A DNA stretch of 64,000 nucleotides from Candidatus Multivoradales bacterium (GTDB taxonomy: Bacteria; Acidobacteriota; Thermoanaerobaculia; Multivoradales; Multivoraceae): positions 4,288,001 through 4,352,000 of the forward strand of contig CBDCWI010000002.1 of NCBI GenBank assembly GCA_965223325.1, written 5' to 3'. The translations under genes were made by a program, and so were the position numbers. This document shows positions 38,619 to 47,992 of this stretch, piece by piece (positions within the stretch are counted from its first letter, which is position 1; each line of letters starts with the position of its first letter). The notes under the pieces were generated by a model that was given only the letters and a program-made list of their open reading frames with translations, was not told the DNA's origin and searched no databases.

Positions 38619-39188
38619 ATAGAGGACAACGAGCTGGTCCGCCGCATCCTGGCGGGCGACGAAGATGCTTTTACCGAACTGGTTCGGCGTTTTGAGCGCC
38701 CGGTCCTGAGGCTTGTCTTGCGTATCGTGCGCGATCGCAGCAAGGCCGAGGATGTCGCCCAGGAGGCCTTCCTGAAGGCGCATCGGGCCCTGGGCAGCTA
38801 TCAGCACGACCGTCGATTCTCGAGCTGGCTGTTCAAGATCGCTCACAACACCGCCATCGACCACCTGCGCAAACGCCAGCTCGATACGGTCTCGCTCTCG
38901 CCGAGCTCACCAGATGAGCCTGATCTGGCGGCTGTTCTTGCCGATCCAAACGCCATCTCTCCGGTCGACCGAGCCGAGGCCAGTGGTGCCGCGGCGGCCC
39001 TCGGCCGGGTGATCGGGGCGATGCGCGAGGAGTGGCGCGAGGTGGTTCTGTTGCGTTTTGGAGAGGGTCTCTCCTACCAGGAGATCGCCGACATTCTCGA
39101 GCTGCCGATTGGCACGGTCAAGACCTACATCCACCGCGCGCGGCGCGAGATTGTCCAGGGGCTGGCCGCCGAGGGCTACGAGCGCTGA
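38619..39188 (+). CDS. ECF RNA polymerase sigma factor (SigW/RpoE-like)
   Basis: Motifs EDNELVRRILAGDEDAFTELV, AEDVAQEAFLKA, FSSWLFKIAHN and LSYQEIADILELPIGTVKTYIHRAR. Probable start is ATA 38619; the ORF also extends to ATG 38520. Confidence 0.93.
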   Translation: MEDNELVRRILAGDEDAFTELVRRFERPVLRLVLRIVRDRSKAEDVAQEAFLKAHRALGSYQHDRRFSSWLFKIAHNTAIDHLRKRQLDTVSLSPSSPDEPDLAAVLADPNAISPVDRAEASGAAAALGRVIGAMREEWREVVLLRFGEGLSYQEIADILELPIGTVKTYIHRARREIVQGLAAEGYER

Positions 39189-39204
39189 TACCGTTCATCG
39201 CTCA

Positions 39205-40596
39205 ATGGACGAACTTGCCTACCGCGACGACGAGCGTCACCCGCTGCTCGAGCGCTACCTCGAGACCTGGGGGCAAACGCCGCCGCTCGGCGAGCACCCC
39301 CCGGTAGAGGTGCGGCCGTCGTTCGACATTTCGGCCTCCGATGAGATGTACCGCTACGCCCTCGAGGAGCGGCACCAGCACCGTGGGATTGCAGTGCTCG
39401 AATACGCCCGCAGTGGCTTTGGCCCCGCGCAGGTGGCGCTCGAGGTACTCGCCTGGGCTCGCGGCGACCAGCCCACGAAGGGCGCTGCGGCTACGCCGCG
39501 AATCCTCGACTTCGCTGCCGGCCACGGCCGGGTGACGCGTTACCTCGCGGCGGCGATCGGCCGCCAGCGGGTGACCGTGGCCGAGGTGGTGCCGTCGGCA
39601 GTGAAGTTCCAGCGTGAGGTTCTGGGGGTCGAAGCGGTGCAGTCGAGTCATACCCCGGAGGGTCTCGAAGCCCAGTTCAATGGCCTTGCGTCGGGCAATC
39701 TCTTTGACGGGGTGTTTGCATTCTCGCTTTTTAGTCACCTGCCCGAGCACCGTTTCATCCCATGGTTGCGCGCTCTCTGGGAGCGGGTCGATGCGGGCGG
39801 GGTTCTGGCGGTGACCACCCATGGTGAATCGGCGCGTCTCGGGCGGCCGCCGATCGCCGAGAGTGGCTTCGAGTTCGAGCGCTACAGCGAGAGCGCGGTG
39901 CTTTCAGCCGAGGAGTACGGCTCGACCTGGGTGGCACCCCACTGGATGGAACGTGCGGTGCGCCGAGCCTGCTCGGGATGCCAACCGATTCTGATCGAGC
40001 GTGGCGTTTGGAACCTGCAGGACTTGTGGATCATGGTGCGCGACGAAGCCCAGGGCGCCTCGCCTCGCCTTCGGGGCAAGCCGCGGGTGACCCTGTTGCC
40101 GTTCGGCAGTCTCGAGCGGGTGCAGCCGAAAGGACCGGCACGGCTGCGGCTCGACGGGTGGGTCCACCAGCCGGGAGCCTCTCCGTTGACCATCGAAGCG
40201 CGGGTCGAACGTAGCGGCGAGGTCATTGCCGAAGCCGCGGGTCAGGCGGACCTTGTGCGCGAAGACGTGGCTCTCGCCCAGAGTGAGAGCTTTGCGCGCT
40301 GCGGCTTCCAGCTCATGCTGGATCGTTCCGACCCGTTTCGCTTCGACGATCTCTTGATCGTCGAAGCCGTCGATCGCGGGTCAACCGAGCGTCCGGCCTC
40401 GCGCCATGTTCTGCAGTTGTCCTTCGTCGAGGGGGCTGACCTCGTCGGGCGAGTTGCTGGAGTTCGCCGTGACGCTGCGGTGGAGGCTCGATTGCTGCGT
40501 CATCAGATCGCCATCATGGAGCGCAGTCGCTTCTGGCGCCTGCGCAACCGGTGGTTCGCTTGGAAGCGTGCTCTGGGGCTTACCGAGCAGGACTGA
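39205..40596 (+). CDS. Class I SAM-dependent methyltransferase with C-terminal beta domain and amphipathic tail
   Basis: Motif I ILDFAAGHGRVTRYL, then FAFSLFSHLP and GGVLAVTTHG. The tail is MERSRFWRLRNRWFAWKR. Confidence 0.85.
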   Translation: MDELAYRDDERHPLLERYLETWGQTPPLGEHPPVEVRPSFDISASDEMYRYALEERHQHRGIAVLEYARSGFGPAQVALEVLAWARGDQPTKGAAATPRILDFAAGHGRVTRYLAAAIGRQRVTVAEVVPSAVKFQREVLGVEAVQSSHTPEGLEAQFNGLASGNLFDGVFAFSLFSHLPEHRFIPWLRALWERVDAGGVLAVTTHGESARLGRPPIAESGFEFERYSESAVLSAEEYGSTWVAPHWMERAVRRACSGCQPILIERGVWNLQDLWIMVRDEAQGASPRLRGKPRVTLLPFGSLERVQPKGPARLRLDGWVHQPGASPLTIEARVERSGEVIAEAAGQADLVREDVALAQSESFARCGFQLMLDRSDPFRFDDLLIVEAVDRGSTERPASRHVLQLSFVEGADLVGRVAGVRRDAAVEARLLRHQIAIMERSRFWRLRNRWFAWKRALGLTEQD

Positions 40597-40673
40597 GAGA
40601 AAGTCCACTCTGGCTGGGCAAGAATGCTGTAGATCCTGCGGAAAAGGCCGCCAAAGAAGAATCTGTTCGTCCC

Positions 40674-40700
40674 TGAAACCTCTCAGGCCGGGTGGTCGTA
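40674..40700 (+). promoter_or_regulatory. ECF (SigW-like) promoter upstream of the anti-sigma-like gene
   Basis: TGAAAC-N17-CGTA, matching the Bacillus SigW-type -35 and -10 elements. Confidence 0.7.
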
Positions 40701-40713
40701 GGATCGACCTGAG

Positions 40714-41307
40714 ATGAGTCACTTCGAGAAACAACCAGGCCTCCGCCACCAGGTGCCGACAACGGGCGATGGTGCGACGGTCAGCGCCCGTCTGGAGCGG
40801 CGCCTCGAGCGCTGGTTGCGAGCCGAGGGCTCGAGCGAGTCTCCGCGTCGTGACACCGAACACGCCCTGCGTCGGGTTTTCCAGAGCCTGCCCCAGGTCG
40901 TGCCACCGGCTGCCTTCGCTGAGCGCGTGGTTGTGGCCGCCCGCGCCAGCCAACCAAGCGCCGGAGTCTCGGTAGCAGGCACCCTTCGCGCGGCTGTTTT
41001 GCGCCACTGGCTTCCGGCGGCCGCTCTTCTAGCCTCGCTGTGGTTCGGAGCACTCATCGTTGGGAGTCGCCTCATGCCCGAGCCCGAGGTCGTAGACGGC
41101 ACGATGTTCGCGGCCAGCCGGGTGGGTTTTTCTTTCCTCGAGGTCGTAACGGGTCTGTTGCAAGGATTCGAGCGAGCGGCCGAGGTGGGCCTGGCGGCCT
41201 TGTCAATGGCGCTTTCTGGTGAGGCGTTGCTGGTGGCGGCGCTTCTTACGGTCACGGCCTTCTCGGCTCTCTATGTTCTGGTGCGGTCGAGCGAGCTGGC
41301 GTCGTAG
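40714..41307 (+). CDS. Putative membrane anti-sigma factor
   Basis: Anti-sigma-like linker FQSLPQVVPPAAFAERVV followed by 2-3 hydrophobic helices. Lies in the ECF operon and has no HxxxCxxC motif. Confidence 0.6.
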   Translation: MSHFEKQPGLRHQVPTTGDGATVSARLERRLERWLRAEGSSESPRRDTEHALRRVFQSLPQVVPPAAFAERVVVAARASQPSAGVSVAGTLRAAVLRHWLPAAALLASLWFGALIVGSRLMPEPEVVDGTMFAASRVGFSFLEVVTGLLQGFERAAEVGLAALSMALSGEALLVAALLTVTAFSALYVLVRSSELAS

Positions 41308-41311
41308 GACC

Positions 41312-42916
41312 ATGAAACAACTTCGGCGTTCCCCAGAGCGTGTAGCGCTCGTCGCTCTGATCGCCCTGCAGGGGTTCATCGCGCCTGGCTTCAGCCAGGA
41401 GGCAGAGGCCACTCCCGCGGCCCAGGAGGCTCAGAGCTCCACACCCGAGACTCCCGATCCGCCGCCAGCCGCCGAGCCGCCCGCCGCGACGGGTGCCGAG
41501 GTCGAGAACGAGCTCCGACAGATCGACGAGGAGCTCGAGGCGCGCCAACGTGCGGTGCGTGAGGAACGCGAGAAGCTCCAGCGCGCATTGGACCTGCTCG
41601 ACAGCGAAGAGGAACGCTTGGAGCGCCAGGGGCGGACCCTGCGTGAACGCGAGCGCGAGCAACAGAACGAAGAGCGTCAGCGCGAGCAAGAGCGGCGGCG
41701 CCAACAGCGCGAGTCCGAGCGTGAAGCGCGCGAGCGCCTGCGGGAAGACGAGTGGCGGTCCTCGAACAAGTGGAGTTTCGGTCGCACCGTTCGCGTCGAA
41801 GAGGGCGAAACCGCGCAGTCCGTCCAGGTCATGGGAGCCGACGTCGAGATCGAAGGCCACGTAGACGGCGATGTCAGCGTCGCCTTTGGCAATGCGTTTG
41901 TATCCGGGCATGTCGACGGCGAGGTCGAAGCCTTTCTCGGTGACGTCGAACTCCGCCCGGGTGCCGTCGTTCGTGGTGACGTCACCAGCGTGGGCGGCGA
42001 CGTCAGGCGCATGGCGGGCGCCCGCGTCGATGGCACGATCGACGAGGTCACCGTCGGTGGCGACCGGTGGTCGACCGATCGCGAGCGAGAATGGGAAGAA
42101 CGCTGGGACGATCGCTTCCCGCGGAGCAGTCGCGGGCCCCGCTGGTTGAGCCTCGACTGGATCCTGAGCCTCGGCTGGCTGGCGCTCATGGTGGCGGCGA
42201 TCTACTTCTTCGGCTGTGTCGCGCAGCTCATTCTGCCGGCGCAGGTCGATCGTGTGGAGTCCATCGTCAGTGCACAACCGCTGCGCGCCGGAGTGGTCGG
42301 TCTCGCTCTCGTCGCTGCTTTCTTGCCCGCTCTGGTCCTGGTCGTCGTCCTGCTCAGCATTACAGTCATCGGCATCCCACTTTTGATTTTCGTTCCGTTC
42401 GTGATTCTGGCGCTCGGTTTCGTCGCGATCTTCGGCTACAACGTCGTAGCAGTGGCGATCGGCCGGCGGGTACCGCTGCGAGGAGCGCTACGGGCCGAGA
42501 CGAACTATGGCCACCTGTTGACCGGGCTGTTCCTGCTCCACTTGATCCTTGCCAGCGGCTTTTTCCTCCAGATCATCCGTCCGCTGGAAGGCTTCGGCGT
42601 TCTGTTTTGCATTGTTGGTGGACTCGCCATGTTCTGCGCGATGGCGGTTGGCCTTGGCGGCGTCTTCCTGGCGCGGTTCTCGGGCAACTCTTCAAGCGGT
42701 GCGGCTGCCACGGTGCCACCGCCACCTCCGCCGTCTTCGACGACCTACGACGATCCTCTGATGCACGAAGACCTCGAACCACTCTCCTGGACGGATGAAG
42801 ACATCGCCACCGATGAGTTCGAGAGCACCGTGGAAGAAGAGGCGATTGAAGCCGAACCCGACGAAGCCGCGCAGGCCGACGAGCCCGCTTCAGACGAGGA
42901 TCAGGAGGGCGAGTAG
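41312..42916 (+). CDS. Membrane protein with coiled coil, polymer-forming (bactofilin-like) beta-helix and multiple TM helices
   Basis: Signal peptide, E/R-rich coil, repeats VEIEGHVDGDV, VSGHVDGEV and VVRGDVTSVGG, about five to six TM segments and an acidic tail. Confidence 0.75.
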   Translation: MKQLRRSPERVALVALIALQGFIAPGFSQEAEATPAAQEAQSSTPETPDPPPAAEPPAATGAEVENELRQIDEELEARQRAVREEREKLQRALDLLDSEEERLERQGRTLREREREQQNEERQREQERRRQQRESEREARERLREDEWRSSNKWSFGRTVRVEEGETAQSVQVMGADVEIEGHVDGDVSVAFGNAFVSGHVDGEVEAFLGDVELRPGAVVRGDVTSVGGDVRRMAGARVDGTIDEVTVGGDRWSTDREREWEERWDDRFPRSSRGPRWLSLDWILSLGWLALMVAAIYFFGCVAQLILPAQVDRVESIVSAQPLRAGVVGLALVAAFLPALVLVVVLLSITVIGIPLLIFVPFVILALGFVAIFGYNVVAVAIGRRVPLRGALRAETNYGHLLTGLFLLHLILASGFFLQIIRPLEGFGVLFCIVGGLAMFCAMAVGLGGVFLARFSGNSSSGAAATVPPPPPPSSTTYDDPLMHEDLEPLSWTDEDIATDEFESTVEEEAIEAEPDEAAQADEPASDEDQEGE

Positions 42917-43704
42917 ATGTTCGCTGGCGGTGCAGCGTCGACCGCTGGTTCCTCCGGAGGGGTCGTCCGTCGGACCTCGCGTAGAACGCCGATCAGAAAG
43001 AAGACCGGAACGAGCGCCAGCCCAGCCTGACCGGTGCGGTAGAGGGTGTACCAGAGCGGCGTCCCGGCCTCGATGATCTCGAGTTCCTCGAACAGTACGA
43101 CTTCACAGGCACCGTTGCCGCCGTCTTTGCGGGTGCGACTGGTCCTGCGCCACCAGCCCTGCCAGTCCTCGACTGTGTAGTCGACGAGCAGGCCCTTGAA
43201 CCGGATCTGATCGCCAATTCGCACCTTTTCGAGCGCCTTTCGGAGCTCCGGAGACTCGGTGATCATGTGGTTGTTGGCGAGCGCGTCGTCAAAGAACAGT
43301 TGATTCTCGCGGTAGCTGAAGTAGCAGAACGAGGGGCCGCTCTTGAACTTGACTTTCTGGTAGTCGCCCTGGCTCAGGTTCTGGCCCCACAGGACGCACA
43401 GGTCGCGGGTATCGACTGAAGTAGTGTCGTGCACATTGTCGGCGATGCCGTCGATGTTGTTGTGGGTCACAACCAGCCCGTAGAGCTCGTATTCGGCGAC
43501 CGGGCGCACGTCGATGCGCTTACCCGCGTACTCGAACGAGAACGGCTCTCGGTGTGTCTTGGTCTGGCGCGGCTCCTCTAGAAGCTGCTCATCGACCTGC
43601 TCAGGACCGGGCAGGCTGCCCTTCTGGGTGCACGAGACCACCATCAAGAGAGCCGAGAGGACGAACAGGGTCGGTAGCGGTTGTGGTCTCTTGAGGAGGT
43701 CCAT
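42901..43704 (-). CDS. Conserved hypothetical exported/membrane protein
   Basis: Hydrophobic N-terminus with a possible lipobox (VVSC), motifs DLCVLWG, ANNHMI and RTSRTRKDGGNGACE, and a C-terminal TM segment. Confidence 0.7.
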   Translation of the reverse strand: MDLLKRPQPLPTLFVLSALLMVVSCTQKGSLPGPEQVDEQLLEEPRQTKTHREPFSFEYAGKRIDVRPVAEYELYGLVVTHNNIDGIADNVHDTTSVDTRDLCVLWGQNLSQGDYQKVKFKSGPSFCYFSYRENQLFFDDALANNHMITESPELRKALEKVRIGDQIRFKGLLVDYTVEDWQGWWRRTSRTRKDGGNGACEVVLFEELEIIEAGTPLWYTLYRTGQAGLALVPVFFLIGVLREVRRTTPPEEPAVDAAPPANIYSPS

Positions 43705-43848
43705 GGTTGAGGGCAAGAGCGGTTGCGTTCACGGTGTCGCGGAGTTCAATTCTAGTAAAACTAGTAACAGCTTGCGAGATCCCGCGGCGCCTCGAGCGCC
43801 CCGCGTCGCTGCCATACTTGCCGTTCTCCAGCTCAGAGGACCCTCGCC

Positions 43849-46218
43849 TTGTCGACCAGAACGCAGTTCGGGCCGGCCCCCACGGCCGACCCGCGGTTTC
43901 CCAGAATCACCCCAGTCGTTTCCCAGTCGATTGCCCGGGAGTTGCCCGGGTCTTGGCGGGCGGCTGCGGTGTCTCTGGTTGTCGGGAGCCTCTTGCTTGC
44001 GGGAGCACCCCTCGGGGCGCTCGAGCGAGGGGACCTGTGCGAGCACCTGCGCGGTGGGCGTTCACCCTATTTTGGGCGGGCCTTCCTGGATGAGATCCGG
44101 GCCGCGCTCGACGCCTCTTCCGACCCTGCGGAGGAGTCTGGCTATCGGGGTCTCCTCGGTGCCGAGCTGCTCAAGCACGGCCAACTCGACGAGGCGCTCG
44201 AGTTGCTCGAACAGGCAAAGCGCGAGATCGCCACCCAGGAGCGCAGCGACGGCCTGGCATCTTCCGTCGATTGGCATCTCGCGCTGGCCCACCTACGCCT
44301 GGCCGAGCAGCAGAACTGTGTCGGTCACCGCAGTGCGGCGAGCTGCATCCTGCCAATCCGGAAAGATGCAGTTCATACCCTGCCAGAACACAGCCGGAGA
44401 GCCGGTGACCTCTTTGCGGCCTATGCGAAGGAGCATCCGCGCAACATTCAAGCGGTATGGCTGCTCAATGTAGCCCGCCGGGTTGCCGGCCAGTTTCCCG
44501 ACGGTGTACCGGCCCCTTTGCGCATCACCGATGAGCAACTGACTGCGGATGGCGCTGCGTTCGCTTATTGGACCGATCGTGGTCCGGAGCTCGGCCTGTC
44601 GACGCTCGATCTTGCAGGTGGCGCAATCATGGACGACTTCGACGGTGATGGCCACCTCGACCTGGTGAGTTCGACCTGGGATCCGTGCGGTGGACTGGCG
44701 GCGTTTCGAAACAACGGGACCGGCGGCTTTGAAGACGTGACGGATCTCTGGGGTCTGGCTGATCTGGCAGGTGGGCTGAATCTGGTCCATGGCGATGTCG
44801 ATGGTGACGGCTGGCTCGACTTGCTGGTCTTGCGCGGTGCCTGGCTGCTGGCCGACGGCCAGATCCCGAACACCCTGCTGCGCAACCGTGGCCCTCTTTC
44901 GACTGCGGCCGGCGACGTCCACAAACGTTTCGAAGACATCACGGCGACAGCCGGCCTGGAGGAACCGGGCTACCCGACGGCCAGTGCCGCCTTTGCAGAC
45001 TTTGACGGTGACGGCGACCTGGATCTCTTCGTTGGCAACGAGGCGACGAAAGCCTCGTCCTATCCGTCGCAGTTGTTTCAAAACGATGGCCGAGGTCGTT
45101 TCATGGACATCGCCTCTTCATCAGGGGTCTCGAACCTGCGCTACTCCAAGGGTGTCGCCTGGGGCGACTTCGACGAAGACGGTGACCCGGACCTCTACGT
45201 CTCGAACTTCGGCGAGAACCGCCTCTACCGAAACGACGGTGCCACGCCTTCCGGCGACGGGTGGCAGTTCGTCGACGTCGCACCGGAGCTCGGTGTGGTG
45301 GCTCCGCGGGTCGAGAGCTTTGCGTCCTGGTTCTTCGACTACGACAACGATGGCGACCTCGACCTGTTCGTGGCCGACTACCGCTCGCAGGCGGCGCGGG
45401 TGACCGCGTCCTACTTTGGCATGGCGACTCCCGAGGGGCAGCCGCTGCTCTACCAGAATCAGTTCAGCGAAACCGGTAGCGCCTCGTTTCGTGAAGTGAG
45501 TCGAAGCGTTGGGCTTGTACGTCCGGCGATGCCGATGGGCGCCAACTATGGTGACCTCGACAACGACGGCTGGCTGGACATCTACCTCGGCACTGGCGAA
45601 CCAGACCTCGCCAGCCTGATGCCCAATGTCATGTATCGCAACACCGGCGGGCGCTTCGTCGACATCACGATGGCGGGCGGCTTTGGACACCTGCAGAAGG
45701 GGCATGGCGTAGCCCTTGGTGACCTCGATCACGACGGGGATCAAGACCTGTTCCACCAGCTCGGCGGCTTCTACCCAGGCGACCGCTTCGGCAACGCCCT
45801 GTTCGAGAACCCGACTGCCAACCCGCGTGAGGCGGCCGGCGCGGGAAGGAACCGGTTCTTGACGTTGCACTTCGAAGGTCGGCGTGCAAACCGCTTCGCT
45901 CTCGGCGCACGCGTAGAGATCGTCGTGCTCGATGCGGCCACGCCCGCGGTTCCACGGTCGATTCATCTGCTCGTCGGTGCCGGCGGTTCGTTCGGGGGCT
46001 CGAGCCTGCGCCAGGAGGTCGGTCTCGGCAAGGCGACCCAGGTGCGCGAAGTCATCGTGCGCTGGCCCGGTTCTGGCGTCGTCGATCGATTTCGCGACCT
46101 CGAACTCGATCGTGTCTACTTGCTGCGTGAAGGTGGATCCAGCGCGACCGAGGGCGCCGCCGCTCCCGAGGGTGCCGTCGCGCTCGTCGTCACTCCGTTT
46201 CGATTGGGTGGCGACTGA
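43849..46218 (+). CDS. CRTAC1-family protein with N-terminal TPR-like/Cys domain
   Basis: Motifs LRLAEQQNCVGHRSAASCILP, repeated DFDGDG, PMGANYGDLDNDG, GHLQKGHG and GGSFGGSSLRQEVGLG. Confidence 0.88.
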   Translation: MSTRTQFGPAPTADPRFPRITPVVSQSIARELPGSWRAAAVSLVVGSLLLAGAPLGALERGDLCEHLRGGRSPYFGRAFLDEIRAALDASSDPAEESGYRGLLGAELLKHGQLDEALELLEQAKREIATQERSDGLASSVDWHLALAHLRLAEQQNCVGHRSAASCILPIRKDAVHTLPEHSRRAGDLFAAYAKEHPRNIQAVWLLNVARRVAGQFPDGVPAPLRITDEQLTADGAAFAYWTDRGPELGLSTLDLAGGAIMDDFDGDGHLDLVSSTWDPCGGLAAFRNNGTGGFEDVTDLWGLADLAGGLNLVHGDVDGDGWLDLLVLRGAWLLADGQIPNTLLRNRGPLSTAAGDVHKRFEDITATAGLEEPGYPTASAAFADFDGDGDLDLFVGNEATKASSYPSQLFQNDGRGRFMDIASSSGVSNLRYSKGVAWGDFDEDGDPDLYVSNFGENRLYRNDGATPSGDGWQFVDVAPELGVVAPRVESFASWFFDYDNDGDLDLFVADYRSQAARVTASYFGMATPEGQPLLYQNQFSETGSASFREVSRSVGLVRPAMPMGANYGDLDNDGWLDIYLGTGEPDLASLMPNVMYRNTGGRFVDITMAGGFGHLQKGHGVALGDLDHDGDQDLFHQLGGFYPGDRFGNALFENPTANPREAAGAGRNRFLTLHFEGRRANRFALGARVEIVVLDAATPAVPRSIHLLVGAGGSFGGSSLRQEVGLGKATQVREVIVRWPGSGVVDRFRDLELDRVYLLREGGSSATEGAAAPEGAVALVVTPFRLGGD

Positions 46219-47957
46219 TGCCGGCGTTCTTCCTACAGCGTGCTTTGTGCGCGCTGGTCCTCTCTGGGTTTCTGGGGCTTGGGCCAGTGGTGGCACAAGA
46301 CGCCCCGCGAGCACCGTGGTTCCTTGATCGGACCGAGGCCAGCGGCATCGACTTTGCGCATTGGAACGGGATGTCGGGACGGCTCTACTACCTCGAGATC
46401 GTCGGTGCGGGCGGCGCCCTCTTCGACTACGACGGCGATGGCGATCTCGACCTCTTTCTCGTGCAGGGTGCCCTCTTGGGGCCCGACCGCACCTTCGACG
46501 ATGCGACGATTCCCTGGCGCGGAGCGGGCCCGCCCCGCGACACCCTCTGGCGCAACGAAAGCACGGCCGATGGCCTACAATTCGTCGACGTCACCGAGGC
46601 CTCGGGCATCGACTCGAGGAGCTACGGCATGGGCGCGGTCGCCGGCGACATCGACAACGATGGCGACGTGGATCTCTACCTCCTCAACTTTGGCGCCAAC
46701 CAACTGTGGCGCAACGAGGGTGGCGGACAGTTCGTCGACGCCACGGAGGCAGCGGGCCTCACCGAGCCGCGGTGGAGTGTTTCGGGAAGCCTCGCGGACT
46801 ACGACAATGACGGTGACCTCGACCTCTACGTTGTGAACTATCTCGACTACAGTTTCATTGGTCACAAGAGCTGCCTCACCGAGCGCGGCGAGCCCGACTA
46901 CTGCCTGCCGAGCGCCTACAGTCCGGTCGCCGACGGTCTCTATCGCAACCGCGGTGACGGGACCTTCGAAGATGTCAGCCAGGCGGCGGGCATCAGCTCG
47001 GCACCGGGTAATGGGCTCGGAGTCATCAGTGCCGACTTCGACTCGAACGGCGCAGTCGACTTCTACGTCGCCAACGACCTCATGGCCAACAATCTCTGGC
47101 TCAACCAAAAAGACGGCACCTTCGTTGACGAGGGCCTGCTCTCGGGTGTCGCGTTGAACCGCCTCGGCGAGGCCGAAGCGAGCATGGGGATCGCCGCTGG
47201 TGATCCCGACGCTGATGGCGACCTCGATCTCTTCGTGACCCACTTTCGCCGCGAGAGCAATACCTACTATCGACAGCGACGCTCGCTCGAGTGGGTCGAC
47301 GCGACCGACTCCGTGGAACTGGGCGCGCCGAGTTGGTTGTTCACTGCCTTTGGAACGGCCTTCATCGACTTCGACCTCGACGGTTGGCTCGACCTGGTGT
47401 CCGCCAACGGAGCCGTGACCTTCGTTCCAGGCGCTGACCGATCGGCTAGCGCACTCCCTCTGGACGAGACCAACCAGCTGTTTCGCAATCGCGGTGACGG
47501 ACAGTTCGAAGAGGTCACCCAGGCGCTCGGTGGGAGAGCCTTCGAGGTCTCGGGCATAAGCCGCGGTGCCCTGCACGGTGATCTCGATAACGACGGCGAT
47601 ACCGACCTGGTGATCACCGGCAACAGCGGTCCGGTCCAGGTCCTCCTGAACACCAACATCTCTGCGCCGTCACGCGCCTGGGTTGGTGTGCACCCGGTGA
47701 TCAGGACAGGGGCTGGCAGCAAGCGAACCGCGTTGGGTGCGCAGGTCGAGAGCACCTGGGGCCAGCGCACCCTGGTCCGCCGCGTCCAGCGTGACGGTGG
47801 CTATGCGACCAGCTCGGATCCGCGGGTGGTCCTGCCGGTGGCAGCCGGAGCCGAGCGGGCGTCGATCGTTGTGATCTGGCCCAACGGCCAGCGCGAGACG
47901 TTCACCGATCTCGAACCAGGGCGGTATCACGAGCTCGTCATGGCAGAGACGCCGTAG
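46218..47957 (+). CDS. CRTAC1-family protein (FG-GAP plus ASPIC/UnbV)
   Basis: Signal peptide, EIVGAGGALFDYDGDGDLD, DYCLP, EASMGIA and DGGYATSSDPRV. TGATG coupling to the upstream gene. Confidence 0.9.
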   Translation: MPAFFLQRALCALVLSGFLGLGPVVAQDAPRAPWFLDRTEASGIDFAHWNGMSGRLYYLEIVGAGGALFDYDGDGDLDLFLVQGALLGPDRTFDDATIPWRGAGPPRDTLWRNESTADGLQFVDVTEASGIDSRSYGMGAVAGDIDNDGDVDLYLLNFGANQLWRNEGGGQFVDATEAAGLTEPRWSVSGSLADYDNDGDLDLYVVNYLDYSFIGHKSCLTERGEPDYCLPSAYSPVADGLYRNRGDGTFEDVSQAAGISSAPGNGLGVISADFDSNGAVDFYVANDLMANNLWLNQKDGTFVDEGLLSGVALNRLGEAEASMGIAAGDPDADGDLDLFVTHFRRESNTYYRQRRSLEWVDATDSVELGAPSWLFTAFGTAFIDFDLDGWLDLVSANGAVTFVPGADRSASALPLDETNQLFRNRGDGQFEEVTQALGGRAFEVSGISRGALHGDLDNDGDTDLVITGNSGPVQVLLNTNISAPSRAWVGVHPVIRTGAGSKRTALGAQVESTWGQRTLVRRVQRDGGYATSSDPRVVLPVAAGAERASIVVIWPNGQRETFTDLEPGRYHELVMAETP

Positions 47958-47992
47958 CGAGCAAAGACTGGACTTGGGCGGTAGAGGATCAA

